This document shows positions 26,028 to 41,269 of a stretch of 64,000 bases of DNA, piece by piece. The DNA is from Trichoplax adhaerens. Taxonomy: Eukaryota > Animalia > Placozoa. Position numbers and translations under genes: made by a program. The first letter of the stretch is position 1. Each line of letters starts with the position of its first letter. The notes beneath the pieces were generated by a model. That model saw nothing but the letters and a program-made list of their open reading frames with translations, made no database searches and was not told the DNA's origin. Where the stretch lies: the NCBI RefSeq assembly GCF_000150275.1, contig NW_002060944.1, forward strand, positions 9,450,556 to 9,514,555, in the 5' to 3' direction.

Positions 26028-28619
26028 TACAGAAAACGGGATTAACTTTGTAGCTAGAATCATTACTTGTACAACCTATACGTTTAAAGCGTCTATAGTT
26101 AGCTCATGTCATTTCTGTGCAAGGCATAATGTGGCCTACTGGTACTTTTTTTTTGCGTAGTTACGGTAAGGCTTGATAAAAGAGTACGAACCGATATTAG
26201 CAACTAGCTCGACCAATCTTCGCCAATACTTATATTATTATGACATAGGAAGTAGAACTGGTTATTGTCAACTAATTTTAGTCGCAACTATTTATTACAT
26301 AGTTGATCAAATCCATCTATTCTACCTACATCCTCAACTACGAATGCTTCATGATATCTATACATCCAAGCTCTATGAAGTATGAAACTTGCACTACAAT
26401 CCTCATGAAATTTTAGAACAAGTAGGATACCGAGTTATTAATGTCCTTAGAATACGAAATTGTTCAATTTTGGATTGTTACTCCGCCTGTGGCACGTAAT
26501 TGTTAGATTTCTAGACAACTATCCATATAATTGTTTTCGATGAGTTGCAAGCTATTACAATAGCCATAAATAAAAATTCTTTCGACATTTGTCAAGCTAG
26601 AAAATTCTTTCAGATGCCAGTTGATAAGCACTAAATAATTCAGCACAAAGGAATATCTAATAACTATAGTGATGATGGAACGGTTGCAGCTGGCAATGAA
26701 TAATAAATCTATCCGATAATATGTCGTTTAGCTAGGTAGCTACCACAGTTAAATGCTTTCTTTGTAAATGAGGCTAATAAATCATTAAATTCAATCTTTT
26801 CTAAAATACTACCAAAAGCTACGCGGCAATGTTACTTAGATGAGACTATGGTACCAGTAAATTATTGGATAAAGCAATATTTTACAAAATAGCAGCTATT
26901 TATTGATTATTATCCAGTGCATAACATTTATTAAAATATTACACGGCGAAGGTTATGTTAAAGAACACTAATAAATTACTCTTTATTCTGTTACACGATA
27001 ATTAGTAGTCCTTAATACCAATCTATACTGTGTACTGTAATGGCGCACATTTCATAGAACGATTAAAATCCTAAAGTATATTTGTATATGAAATTGTAGT
27101 AATCTAGCATTGATTTGATTGTTATTGATAAAAAAAGATCGTCCAATACATCTCTGCGCTTTTAGATATTAATTGTTATTTAAATGAATTTGAAAAATTG
27201 TATTGAACTAAGTCCGAGGAAAGCTTGAAAGGAGTAAACTACCATTTTGTTATATCATCAAAATGCGTTCTATTTACGCTTAATACTTATAACAATACTT
27301 AGATGTACTTACCTCTGTACTTATTTTATGACAGCTATAGCTGTATCAGTTGTTGAAATAACATAAAGAACGCTTCCAGCTATCATAAAAAAGTAGAGCG
27401 AGGGCAGTTTGATTAGAAATAGTGTTTATCTGTAGGCGTGTCAATATTACTCGATAAATCTACTTCTGGCGCAAGTTGACGACAGTCATGAGACCTCATT
27501 TCATATTTAATTCATACAAAAATTTTAATTTCATTATTATTACACACTTTAAAGTTTCTTATTTTGATATTCCACTTGAAATAATAATTTTGTTGACCAA
27601 ATGAATTAGTAAGCATTGTACTGGATAATACTAAGATCCCACGATATCTAATGATTCCCAAATTCAATACCGCTGATATTGAACCAGAATTTTCTGATTG
27701 CATTATCTTTGAATCTAATCATTATTGTAATGGCATCTAACAACAGAAAAAAGCTCTAAAGCAGATGTCAAAATCGTTCTTTCAGCTTTATTATTAATTT
27801 AGGTGGTCAATCTATATTTGCTCATTATTTTAAAATGGTCAAAAGCATCAAAATCTTGTAGCAATCATGAGATTGTTGTCCTTGTTATTATTGTTCATCC
27901 AAAATACACAATACAACGAAAATAATTCGAACATGCAGGCCTTTACAATTACATTTTTAAATACAATATAATGAAAATCCAATATCATACCGCCCCTATG
28001 GGAATTCTTCAACATAGCCAGCGATATTGAATAAGCCAAAATATTATAGATATTGCCCTTACCATATTATTGAGTATATTAAGAAGAAAATACACTGTAC
28101 AATCATTATTATTTTAGATCGTCATATAGTAATAAAGAAGGATAAAAAAATTGTATGTTATTAATACCGTAGACATAATTAAGAATAATTGCATCCCATA
28201 TGTTAATCATCTGCTAAAGAGAATGATTCTTTACGGTATCCAAAATTGATTACATACAAAATCAAAGAAAGATGACGCTTCATCATATAGCTAAAAGTGT
28301 TTCTGAAATAGAGTAATGAAAGCAATCGTGGTTTACTACTCCAATCATTGTATACTTCATAGTAACGATATTATTACATCAATAATATAGCTTGATAGAC
28401 GTGTAATTTCAGTCCAGAGCTAAAATGATAACGATGATTGCGACAATCTTTGCAGAACGAATTCTTTAATCGTTATAAAAAACGTTTATGCCTCTAGAAT
28501 TCCATTAAGTAAACAAGGGAGAAAAGAATAAACTACTATATAAACAAAAGAAACCGAAACTGAACAAGATTTGCAAATATTGTCCAGACATTGAATTACA
28601 ATTTAGTTTCTATCTATCG

Positions 28620-29090
28620 TCTGGTTGCCATCAGAACAGTATCAACTTTATTCCACCTATTACAACGGCAGCTTCCTGTCCAGCATCGTAGCTCTATAAC
28701 GAATGATTGAAGAGAATTTATTATCTTCACATCAAATCTAGCAAGCAGCTCTATCGATGAATGCTCCTAGCTATTATATTGAACTCCTCCGTATAATATA
28801 ATCATAACTTCGGGGTTTAGCTCTATGTTAACTCTCAGCCTTGCGATTCTCTATCTTCACATCAGAATTTTAACAACTATGCAATTCTATTGACCGATCT
28901 TCCTGTCCGTTATTTTTTGAACTCCTTCGCAAAGAAAATAAGCTTAACTTCAGTGCGGTACTGAACTCTTTCTAATCATGCAATCTGACTATTTCCATTC
29001 TTACATCAGAATGAGTTTGGCTGTACAGCCCAATCGATCGATATCCTTGCTCGTCATAATTCAACTTTTCTGCAAAAAAATTAAAACTTT
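28620..29090. repeat. Degenerate tandem repeat (unit about 130-144 bp, 3-4 copies), possibly a decayed coding repeat on -
   Basis: acatca(g/a)a anchors at 28729, 28859 and 29003; ttgaactcct at about 28779 and 28917; cttcctgtcc at about 28672 and 28899. Confidence 0.6.
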
Positions 29091-32000
29091 GGTATTCGAC
29101 TGTATATTATCAGATAATCTAGCTGACGACCGTAAAATTTTTCTTCTATCAAATTTCGTTTATATTTAATCTCGGTCGAAAAGGATTAACAAAGTCTGCA
29201 TCTGTATTCGCATACAAATAGACACTTACACTTTTCTGAACTTAAATCATCTTATTTATTAAAAATTAACCCGGATCTTAATTACATTTGTATTTATCAA
29301 TGTCGTCATCATTTGAACCGTTAGAAATAAAATTAATTTGGCTTATAAACATCTACTGTAGCAAATATAGTTTGCAATAAAATGATTGCGAAGGAAATTG
29401 CACTCACATAGATGAAGTTTAAAAAAGCAAAATTATTATCAATAATAAGAATTAAAAATTGACAATAAATCAGTCCATTGAATTATTATTAATATTATCA
29501 ATTTGTTGATATAGCAATGAATTTTCTTTTCCGTTGAAAGAGAATATTGAAAAATAGTTTAAATCATAATAATATTATTTCAATGCCAAATGATAAACAT
29601 ACAAGACTTAGACGATAATTACATGGCTGCATAAGCTAAAATAGTTTGCTTTTCATTATTTGAACAGATGAATGGATGGAAATTGGTGATAGTAACCTAG
29701 TATTAGTCGTAAATATCGATAAAGATGACTTAGAAATGATCATTTTGGAATAAAGAGAATATTTAATTTTATCGTGGTTATGATTAATTTGAAATGCGAA
29801 TAAAAGAGAAAAGTCCATATCGTTTGGCATCATGTCCTGTATAAATTAAATCGATTCCCATCATTGATTGTTTAGTAATTACTGATATTTACTGTATTAA
29901 ATTGGCCAGTCAATGTGCGTATTACAAATGATGTGAGGATATAATCTAAGGGGAAATAACATCTGCTATGGTTGGCAATAATAGAAATGAAATCATTCCA
30001 TTACAAATGTACATATCGATCAGGCATCATCATGTATTCAAATTAACTTTCTTGCGATAGAAAGTACGAAAGTAATTTGTAATAAATTATGGATATTAGA
30101 TTTTTTTCAACAATTTTTTAAGTAGTTTCATGTCTGCTTGGTACATTTAAAGTACATAAAATAATTTCCTGCTAAAGTCTGAATTTTGATATGAAAAACA
30201 ATCTGGTTGTACAATATTTATAGCTCGTAAGTTTGTATCCCAGCATTCCATCTCAATATCATCTCCAACGTAACTATTTACATATCGATAATCTTATTTT
30301 ATGACAATTTATCGCTTTATTGACCAAATTTGTGACTGTCATTGCGTTGAATACAGTATATTTTAGAATGACAGATAGACCATGACATCGTAGGTATTTT
30401 ATATAAATTTAATACATTTATTTTAACCGGAAAATGTAAGGTACGGTACTTTATACTTTGCTTGTTTTTGAATAAGGAGATACTGTATAAATAAAAATGA
30501 TAATTCTGACAACTGCATTGTAGCTACCAAATTGACGTATATTTTAAGCACAATGATTGTAACAAAGTAAATTTTAAATTAACGGTGATTTCATGTATTA
30601 ACATTTTTATGGCTAATTAGTAGCAAAGTCAATATAAAACTACGTATCCTCTATTGGCTGGCGATATTCATAACTAAGATTAAATTCCAGATAGAAGGAT
30701 GATCACTTATGTACTGTTTTTCTAGTTATTATTCGTTCAATTACTTCGACGAATATAATTTTCCGATATCATCTCGATGAAAGTGTCGTTGTTAAGTATA
30801 CACAACTTGTTCTAAGATCTAGGATTTTAAATGTTACATATTATACGAAAATTATCATTTTGCAGATCAATTTAATTGAACTCCATAGAGTTCAAGATAG
30901 GCCAATTTTCATCCATACTGTGAAATTTCAATTATAACAATGTGATTTACAATTAAAGTCGTATGAATTCATTTACTTAATAGCGTAATAATCAATTCTA
31001 TAGGTTTAAGAATAAACACATTAGAATTGCTAGATTTTCTACTCTTTAAATTTTTTATGACATAAATTGTATCTATTAAGATTGAACAACTGTAGTCGCC
31101 ATAATAATTCGTACGCAGGGCTTATAATTAATGTTTACTTCATGTAGCCTCCATAAGAAATATTACTCATTTTAATAGTAATGATGGAAATTCTTCCAAT
31201 CGAATGCATGTCTTTCAATATCGTACTAGTTGTAAATATCAGATTTGTAATTTGATTAGATCTTAATCAAATAAGGAATAACTCTACTATTATATGCCTT
31301 AGAACGGTCATATATAGTAATTCAAAGGCAAGCAAATATTAAAGACGATGAAAGTATGTTTTTTTGCAATATATTTTCTGCTAGCTATTAAAGGAATAGA
31401 ATTTCGAATTCTTTGAAAATTTTTATGATTATCTTAATATAAGTAATTATAAGTAAATTAGACTATTTGGCTTACCACGACAGGCTGTTGCAAAGTAGCA
31501 TCATGAATGTGATTGGTTACATGAATTTTATCTTTCTACTTTAAAATTGACAAGCTGGATCGGATTTTAATGTAGGAACAATCAAAGATGTTATTATGTA
31601 TTGATTTCATTTCTCTGTATAAATCTTATTTTTCTTGGAAATCATTTCACAACAAGAAAGAACGTCAAGAAATGTACAATAATTGTAACTAATATATAAA
31701 TGTTAAAATATCAATAGTGAGAGGACCATAGTTTTGAGTTTCATTCATGAACAATAATGGAACCTACGGCCAAGTTGGAAAAATATTTATACCCCAATCC
31801 ATAAATCTAAATCTATGAGCATTTATGCTAAAATTATTGCGCCGTATTTCTGCTTGATATTGAAAATATAAGTAATGGTTTCACTTATGATAAGGTAATT
31901 GCTATTTATTTTTCATGAATTAGAAATCACAGGCGATATTGCAATTTTATTTTTTTAATTAATTCTTACAATTTGTATCTAATCGGAATTATAGGATAAA

Positions 32001-32111
32001 ATCTATTGTACTTTGATCGATAGAAATAGATTCATTAATAAATAGATAGTGATGCTTAATTGGGAATAAAATAAGCTAAAAATTCTTCCAAGTATTGTTT
32101 TATCGACTTAC

Positions 32112-32140
32112 TTGACGTCAAGACTACGTGACGTGCACGT
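32112..32140. promoter_or_regulatory. CRE palindrome (tTGACGTCAa) plus adjacent ACGT-core cluster; candidate distal promoter
   Basis: ttgacgtcaa at 32112-32121, then tacgtgacgtgcacgt: four ACGT cores in 30 bp within a CpG-poor background, followed by a purine tract. Confidence 0.5.
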
Positions 32141-34802
32141 TTTGTAAATTAGTTGGTTATGAAAGAAAAAAAGGGAGGAGAGAGAACAGAGTTTTAAAAT
32201 CAAGATAATAGACAACTGCAGCTGCATATGAAATAAAATTTCCACTTATGTTTCATGCTCATTGAATATACTGCGCAATGCTATTCTATCCTATTCTATA
32301 GAAAGGAAGTTGGGGTTATTGTTATGGCTTTCATCTCGAGGGGTGATCCTACAGGGCAATTTGCCAGTGTATTTATTCGCATTTGTAAGAACGTTACTCG
32401 CAAAGAAGTAATTAGGTATCATCTGACAACATCGGATATGCTTGTCGATTATTCTATCTTATAACAAGTTTAAATTGAAGAATCTCACAGTTGTCAGTTA
32501 ACTAGAATATCAACTGCATCATTGAAATCATTTCCTTTACGTCGATCAGCGATTATCGTATTGGCTTTCTGTCAGGCTGATTTCATTACTGCTAGTTAAA
32601 TATCGACTACATCATTATCATCGGTATCATTTCACTGCCATTTAGATACTAATACTTGGCTTATTATATCGAATAAAACTGCATAAAACAACTCCCATTT
32701 TGCATTAAATGTAACTTTTTTGGCGTATAGCATTCCAGTATTTACTTCCAACTTAGACTTGCTATCAGGTATGTGCTAGCATAGAATTTATCAATTATAG
32801 TCTATAAGTATATCAATTAATATAATTGCTTTAAATAAATGATATTTTATCACTTACTAGAGCTTATCTGCATTCCATCCTTTTATTTTTTGTAACTATC
32901 TTTCACATTTTTAAGTTCAAATCAACAAGATAACTTCATACTCCCTTTCTCGATATTTTTACGATATTGGCAGAGGCAAATAGTCAAGTATTGTGCATTT
33001 ATAAATATTCTATTTCAGACTTATTATCGGTACCCAAAATACACTGTGTTTAGATAATGGCAATTTACCTGTATTTCAATGATAACATCCTGAAAATATC
33101 GATAAGAGAGGCAATTTTCTCAAAATATTGCCAGTTATAAATCTGGTTGAATATTGTTATTGGTCACACAATTTAAGACCATAAAAGTGATTTGGCCTTA
33201 TTCTAAACTAGTGTCCATTAAATACGCGTATAGTATTTTCTCTCATTTAAATGACCAACCACTGACAAGCAAAAGCTATTGACATTCAATTAAGATAATT
33301 AAAAAGTATTTCCTCATTTACAGGCGATTGTTGTATTCTTGCAGACTATAGGCGGTTTCATGATGAAAGTAGGATAATTCTATTTCCCTTGTACAACAAA
33401 AAATTGTATTACTAATAGATAAAATTATTAAGCGGAAAACTTTATAAAATTTGAAGAAGTTGCTATCCGAATCGTTCAAAAATCTTGACTGCAGTTTTAC
33501 AGGTATCTCGATCAAATGAAATAGATACGATAGTATTAGTGTACAAATTTTGGGTATAATTAACTCCTACTGAAATTGATGTACATAATAAGAACATGAT
33601 GGGCTATATTCCAATATAGGAAATTTATTTTTGATTACCTTAGAGGAATTACAGAATTATTTTATTTACTAACGTGACTACTAACATGGTTGAATTAAAT
33701 CTTTGTATACGTTAACGGAGACGGTGGTCTAAATTATTATATCTAACAAGCCGGAGTATCTTTACAATCATCGCGATAGATCATAATAGCAATTAAAAGT
33801 AATGGGATATAGGGAGATTTCATTTAAATGGCCTTCTAATTCCTTATTCCTTTCATTCACTATAAATATATACAGGAAGAGCATTTTAGCCATCACAGAA
33901 GCAATGATTAGACAGTATTGTCTGTAAATTGCATATTATGTATATGATAAATGATATTCCGGGTAATTTCTCGTTCCTTCTATTTACCGTATATATAGGA
34001 TGGGCGTATGTCTATCAATTAAAGTAAAAAAAGCTGATCATGTCTGTAAATTATATCTTTTACATAAAGCTTATCACATAGTTAACTGGATCGCAACCAA
34101 TTCAAGCAATTCTTTCAAGTTAACTATCTTATTCTATATAATTTAAAGGCTAAGCTATTTCGCACCATTGTAGGTTCTTCATTTAGTTCAGTACCTATTT
34201 TCTAAAATTTAGGAAGATATAGAATAAAGTAACTACAGAAAGACTATCTAAAACGGATTATTTAATGTTAGAGAGTGACACAATAAGGGGAAGTACGCAG
34301 ATTTTTATCTTATCTCATCCTGAGCTTTCAACTGGTGAAAGAACTACTTAAATTGAGGATGTCTCTTTGGACTAAATGATTCGATGAAATTTTCATTGAA
34401 AAATACAGATCATAGCTACATAATACAATCTATCGATTGATGTAAATAGCATAGAGCCAATTCTTTCAATAATTATTGGCTGCATCGATTGCTACTTTAA
34501 TATCATAGCCGCAGAAATATTAAACTTAAAGTACAGCCTCAGTAAGAAAAGCATTTTAGTTCCTAAATATCACCTAAAGCATTTACTCTTACTTTTTACA
34601 ATACTTTTTACGGGCAATAATGCCAGTTTTATTCTAGAATGCATGCTTATTAAAGGAAGAACTATTGTTTGTTTCCATCATTTCTAGTATATTTATCAGA
34701 GAGAGTATCATTACTGTATTGCTGGGTATTTGATATTGTAAGATGAATTATATTTTAATTACAAAGCCATTACAGAATCTATGCTGGCTTGTTTTTTAAG
34801 CT

Positions 34803-35267
34803 ATGTTTCAATATTTGGTCATAATATCATCGCATACAGATATGACTGATATATGTAAGTTGTAACGATACTGTTATTTATCTCATTTAATTCATCAACA
34901 CTTAATAACAATTGTATCAAAGAATAATAACTTAAAATCATTTAATGATATTATTTTTACGAGTGCTAGTAAAGCTTTCTGTCATCACGGTAGGCTATAA
35001 AACTGAGAGATACTATTTTCAATCATCAATACTCATTCTATTCCTACAGCAGATGTAATTCAAACAATCGATCAGCAGAATAAACGTAGAGGGTAAGAAA
35101 AATGTTCAAGATTATCATTATAACAAATCAATCTAGTAACTAATGCTTGACAAATAAAAATCATATATTTTTACAGATTCAGTAGAGCTCTAGAGAATAA
35201 CAGACATCCTTCTTTTGGAAAAAGAAGACAGCCTGTCGTCTTCATACAGAGCTGCTATTACTATTAG
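34803..35267 (+). CDS. Candidate small spliced peptide precursor (possible neuropeptide gene, or a pseudogene fragment)
   Basis: join(34803-34854, 35050-35092, 35177-35267) with donors gtaagt and gtaaga and acceptors cctacag and ttttacag gives MFQYLVIISSHTDMTDISDVIQTIDQQNKRRGFSRALENNRHPSFGKRRQPVVFIQSCYYY*. The N-terminus and signal peptide are unresolved. Confidence 0.35.
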
Positions 35268-38200
35268 TGATAGCAATCTGAAGTTACGTCCATTTTCAAC
35301 ATAATATTGACATAGATAGGTAAACATCATCAGATAAGCAATTTTCTTAGTTTTGACACGAACTTTGAGATTTTAGAGATTCTAGAGGTCTATGAGTTTT
35401 GATAAGGAAAAAAGGTAAACAATGAATGGATGGATAAGATTTTATTTATCTTTAAAGAAATATTTTTCTAAGTTATCACATGAGGTAAAAGACGAATGAA
35501 AGAACAATAGGTAAAAGATAAAGATTCGGGTCATAATAAATAAGATTATGATTTTAAGTTACTTTGTTGATTATGAGATCACTGGAAAGATGAATTTATT
35601 TTAAAAAACTATTAAGAAGATTAGAAGTCCTCAGTTATCTGACTAGATAAAAGGGAGTGAAAGAATTTCTGGCGGGAATAGGATTGATTCTATCGTTAAG
35701 AAGATTTCTATAATTTCTTGTTAGGTCAGTAATATCTTAAAAATAAGCGATGAAAAAACAGGATATACTTTTTTATTTAGTTGATTGTACTTTAAGCGAA
35801 GTAATGAAAAGTATTTTTATAGATAAACCTATATTAACTAGCCCTTAAAAGCACTATAAAATTTCACGCATTTCTCTTCTAATTTTCAATTACTTCGATT
35901 CTGGAATAGTCCAATGAGCATAATATTTCCTATGAAAAATCACCACATAGACTAAAGATTACCGCATAAAAGTTATTTTTAATAATTCTAGAAATAATAA
36001 TAATTGTTGATCAGATTTAATCGTTGCCAAAGCATTCAATGGCTATCGATCAGTAAGAATCTATCAAATTTGATTATGCTAGCAATGTACGTATTCTAAA
36101 TATCAAGATTTCAGTTTAGTTAAGGTAAATCTTTCTTATCTATATGGCTACAGTAAGGGTATCATAAGAGATAGTCTAGTTTTACCTAAACTTTTCTCTT
36201 ATAGAAAATGCTCGCATTTGCCTGAATTCAACCGGATATTAAAAACTTCTTAACCGTTAAGTTGCCCATAAGCCGATTAGTCTTCCCATCGATCGTTATA
36301 TTGCATAATCAAGCACGTAGTAATAATGATTAAAATCATGCGGCAATATCCTGTACTAAATTATTTTCATCTATCTATAACACCTTAAAATTTTGAAATG
36401 ATTTTTAAGTTATGTAAATGAGTATGATCTCATATCAAATGCGAAATACATTTTTTTTTTTACATTTAAAATTCAATTTTTCACCTATGCTATAATCAAA
36501 TGTCTTAATTCAATATTATTCCGATTGTCTAATCCAAGCAAGTCCAAATAAAGCTGTATACTTAAGAAACAAAAGACAAAAATAATATCATAAATACTTT
36601 GTCTTTCATATCATCCATTCTTAAATCCATATTGCAATTTGATTTCTACTTCTGAATAAGTGAAAAGAGATTATATCAATACTGATCTTGTAATGATTTT
36701 CAATACAGATCGATATTTGATCACCTAGCTATAAAAAAAATAGCTTTAGAAACCTTTCATCATGCAATCTAAATGGAAATTGATAAATATACGACAATAT
36801 ATTGGACTGTATAGACACTATAATTCCGTACTTAGCAGTAGTATGGATTATAAGACCGCGCTTATAAACTCTTAGTAAATTATTAATACCTGAATAAGAC
36901 GAGTCGAAATCAAAATTTGATGATAGCGTTGGTTGAAAATTTCATAATCTGAATCAATTTCGGGTTGTTAACTACTTTTTAATAGCTTAATGACGGTTTC
37001 GGTTACGAACGACGGTTTGCTGAGTAATGCAGTTTAACATTTGTATGATCTATCAGAGCCAAACAATTAATAAATCATTTTATCTTACACTAGAGAAGCT
37101 CGAATAACGATATTACCGTTATCAATATTTTTAAATCTATTAAATAAGCTTAACCATAAATCAATAATTTTATAATGCTTTGATTACTTTTCAATAATAT
37201 GTATGCCCTAGTCAGTAATTCTATATTTTTTTACCTAAAAATCACTAGTGTAATTCTAAATTGCTTTTAAACTACTCTACCCATCGTAACTATTTAATAG
37301 TAGTTATGATTTATATGGCTGATTACTAGTCATGCAATAGGAATACGTGCATACATTCCATTATATTCTCAAGTTTTGATTTATTAAGACAATGCAAACG
37401 GACAATAATCTGATTCTCTGTTAGAAATTATGAAGAAAAAAGTTATTCTACCCCGCAATGACATTCATCAGCTTTTTTGAGTATTTCTTAATCTACATTT
37501 GGATAGTGTAGATCTATATACGTATATACCACAGTAAGAAGGCTTACTCTTCCGGAAAAACGATATTTTATAACAATTAAAGGTTATTCTTTGTTGGTTT
37601 GTAAATCGATATATCAATCACTTTTGTTGTCAAAATTTCTTTTGATAGATGATTTGATTTCCGTTAGGAAAATGAAAATAAGATGATCTAGAATTGGTCG
37701 TGTTATTACATAGTAGTAGTATTGAATATATATTCTGACGTACAACTAGTAAATAGAATTCCTGAATATAGACAAATTTCAATTTAAACCAATGGAAATC
37801 AAAACTGAATAATTTTAACTGGATCCAGAATGAACGATCCGTAAATTGATTTTTTTAAATTAATTAAAAGAATAGACGTTATATTATAGTGGGCTAATTT
37901 TTACAAAATTTAGAAATAGAATACAATCTATACAGTACAAGCAGATGCATTTAAAATTAATAAAAGGATCGAATGTTTAAATTCCAATAACTGTCAGGTG
38001 GATTGGCCACAGAGTACGTGGAAATAGACACATTGCGCAATCAAACAATCATGTATCGACATATATTCAATGACTTTATTTATGTTGATAGCATCGAATT
38101 TAATCAGCTTCAATACGAGTATTAAATTTGAGATTTAGTTGATACGCTGTATAGTGCAATCACTAGATTATCCCAAACTGGTCACTTCATGTAGCAATAG

Positions 38201-41110
38201 ATGTAATTAGATCGAGAATTTTCGTTACAATATTTAATTTGTCGCGATTTATCGCTATCTTGCATATTTCAGTGTAGTTATTAATTAATACTAATGTGGT
38301 TGCTATTTCTTAATTGAGTATAAAAATATCAATTTCATTCCATGGTAATTAATAATACCCTGATAATTACTTAATTCTGATACATTGATTCGCACAAAAT
38401 TTTAGCTTTTTTATGAGAGATGATTTTGCATCGCTATAAACATATAGAACATTCGTAAAACATTTTGGTTGTTAGAGTAGAATTCTTAGGTATTATAATG
38501 ATAAAAAATTTATACCGATTGACTATTAATTAAGCTCCCATTTAACATTTTAAAATTCAGTAGAGTACAATAGCTAAAGTAGACGGTCTTAATTGTTCCA
38601 CATACTAATTACTGCAACTTTGTCTGACGGAAGAGCGCCTTCTTTAAAAGAGAGTAAATACTGCTAGTAAGTATAGATTATATTATACCTGTTCTCCGCG
38701 GTAAAAAAGTAGAGTTCACTGACTAAGCATTTGTGAAAGTAAGCACTATTTTATCATATCGTATTACTTTGGTGGCTGGGTAATGAAATGAAAGACAGTT
38801 TTAACTTCAGTGCATAGGAAATCATACCGCAATAATGAAAAACTTATCGCACGTATTCCATAATACATTCCGCGTTCCCAATCAAAAAGATTCATCGTTA
38901 CAATAAGTTCAAGCCTTTCGCCTCTTAACAGCTATTCCGATATCAAATTAATCACAAATTACTCTAAAAAGGTAAAGCATTCAATTCAAAAGTATATTAA
39001 ATCTAGTTATCGATAAAATACACAAGATACGAAGTGGAAATGGGCCTTAGGCTACCTATTTACTCTATGAAGCAGTCACTTAAAAAGTAACTTGGATCTA
39101 GCTGTCTAGTTCATATGATAGACACGAAGTAAAAATATAGCTATCGCTTTGCGCCCTATACTGTTGTTAATAACTATAAATTTATATTATATTATTAAAG
39201 ATGTTGATTAATCTTGGATGTCACGTATTACTCTCGCCTATACTGACATATGCAACAGCCAAAATAAGAACTTTAACATAAATCTATCAATAATTGAAAG
39301 TGTTACTTAAACTATCGCATTCCTTTCGTGCCTTATGTTTCCATCAAAATATTCGAGGTGTCAAAGAGCTACACCTGGGCTATTCAAATCTGCGGCTATT
39401 TGAAGTACACATCTCTATCCTTTTCAATACTAGAACTATGTACTATATTGATTGTATCAAATTACATATAATCGATCAAATAATAAAACTTTACAAATAC
39501 ATCTGCATTGAAAACGTAAATATTACAATGTATCAAATTAAAATGACAGCGTATGAGTAGTATACATAAAAGGATAATTTATCATCAATAGCTAAAGGTT
39601 TATATGATCCCTACTCTAATATTGAACGATTTACGAAAGTGAACACTTTATTGCAATTGTAAACAACAAAATTTGTTCTACATTCGACCTCAGAATATCA
39701 GTGAGGAAATAGTTACCACTATTTTCGTAATCACGACATTCAATAAAAATAAGATATTAAGCTAGCGCAATCTAGACCATCAAAATATGTAAACAATGGT
39801 GAATAGATAAAATGACGTAAATCAGATTGCAAATGAATGCTATGCGTAGACATACCTATGAAATAAAGTTTAGTCTTGTCATTACGGACCGAAACATGAT
39901 ATTTTGTAACCTATTTCATATCTTATGAACGTATCCACATTTCATTGGGTTTGAGATAAATTTACAATTTATAAATATAATTTCCGTAACTAATTAAAAG
40001 GTGATAAAGGTAAAACCCTTTACTGACCTATGCATTTAGTTGCTATCTGGTCATATGAGAATCTATCGCTTTAGATATTTATGTAAGATCGATAGTTCGT
40101 TGTAAGAGTTTTCACGGAGCCAAATACCATTTCTGCGATATGTTACACCGATTGCTTTCGATCTATCATGGTTAAGTTTTCAACGACTTGAAAATCATTC
40201 AATTATAATTATGAAGGATTCATTTTCAATCACTATTGTGATGATTTCGTGCTTTATATTTTATGATGCAATTGAATTGTATTCAGTAGGACTATTTTAT
40301 ATCGAATGCATCTGATGTCAATCCCCTGGTCTATCAAGAATAAAATTTAAATCTTTAATAGGTGTGGTAATACAATTTTAAAGTTTTCCTGAAAATCTCA
40401 ATAATCACGTTTGTATCTCAAATTGTAAATATTAAAATAGCGCACTGAATTATTGGTAAAATTGTGAACAAAAACTGCGATAAGGGTGTCAAATGATAAA
40501 TATTAAAACAGTAAATAAAATCGAGGTCAAGATCTGATGACTTTTATACTATTTGTTTACAGGTTTTGTTCCGATAGCAATTACTGCTTGACTTACGATT
40601 GTTATTATCATTTTACACCTCAGTAATTTTTCCATCAATTTATATTGAAACCAATCAAAGAGTGAGTGACAATGGATCGGGAAAGTAAATGATAATATTA
40701 GAATAATTTTAGATAACATGCATTTTAATTAATCCCATTCCAGTGATCTATTTCTATGATTTTTTTTTAAACCGTAATTGTGTGCGTCTGAACAAGCTGA
40801 ATAGTTTATCAAATAATATTTTCCATTACATTTCCTTTTCGATATAGATGTAAAATTAGGATATATATCAAATGATTGATTAATTCTACTGTCTATCACT
40901 TGAATGATACAGTTTTTGCCTTATTTTTTGTCATTGTCTACACTAAAGTTGAAATCTTGATCGTTCAACCTTAAAAATTTTAAACCGAATTTTCATGGCC
41001 GTCTATCTTGTCTATATAAATTGTGCAGTCATCATTTTAAGTGCACTAATGCTATTGCCTGACTTTGACAAATTTAGAGTATGATATGATTCATTTCATT
41101 ATTACTTTCA

Positions 41111-41269
41111 NNNNNNNNNNNNNNNNNNNNNNNNNNNNNNNNNNNNNNNNNNNNNNNNNNNNNNNNNNNNNNNNNNNNNNNNNNNNNNNNNNNNNNNNNN
41201 NNNNNNNNNNNNNNNNNNNNNNNNNNNNNNNNNNNNNNNNNNNNNNNNNNNNNNNNNNNNNNNNNNNNN
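41111..41269. other. Assembly gap (159 N)
   Basis: Run of n. Confidence 0.99.

Noticed and set aside
25700-40000. Scattered 60-90 aa ORFs in the large intergenic region
   Set aside because: Their I/L/F/Y/N/K-rich composition is typical of random AT-rich DNA, many start at non-ATG codons, and none has a recognisable motif. No transposase, reverse transcriptase, tRNA or rRNA was recognised anywhere in the window.
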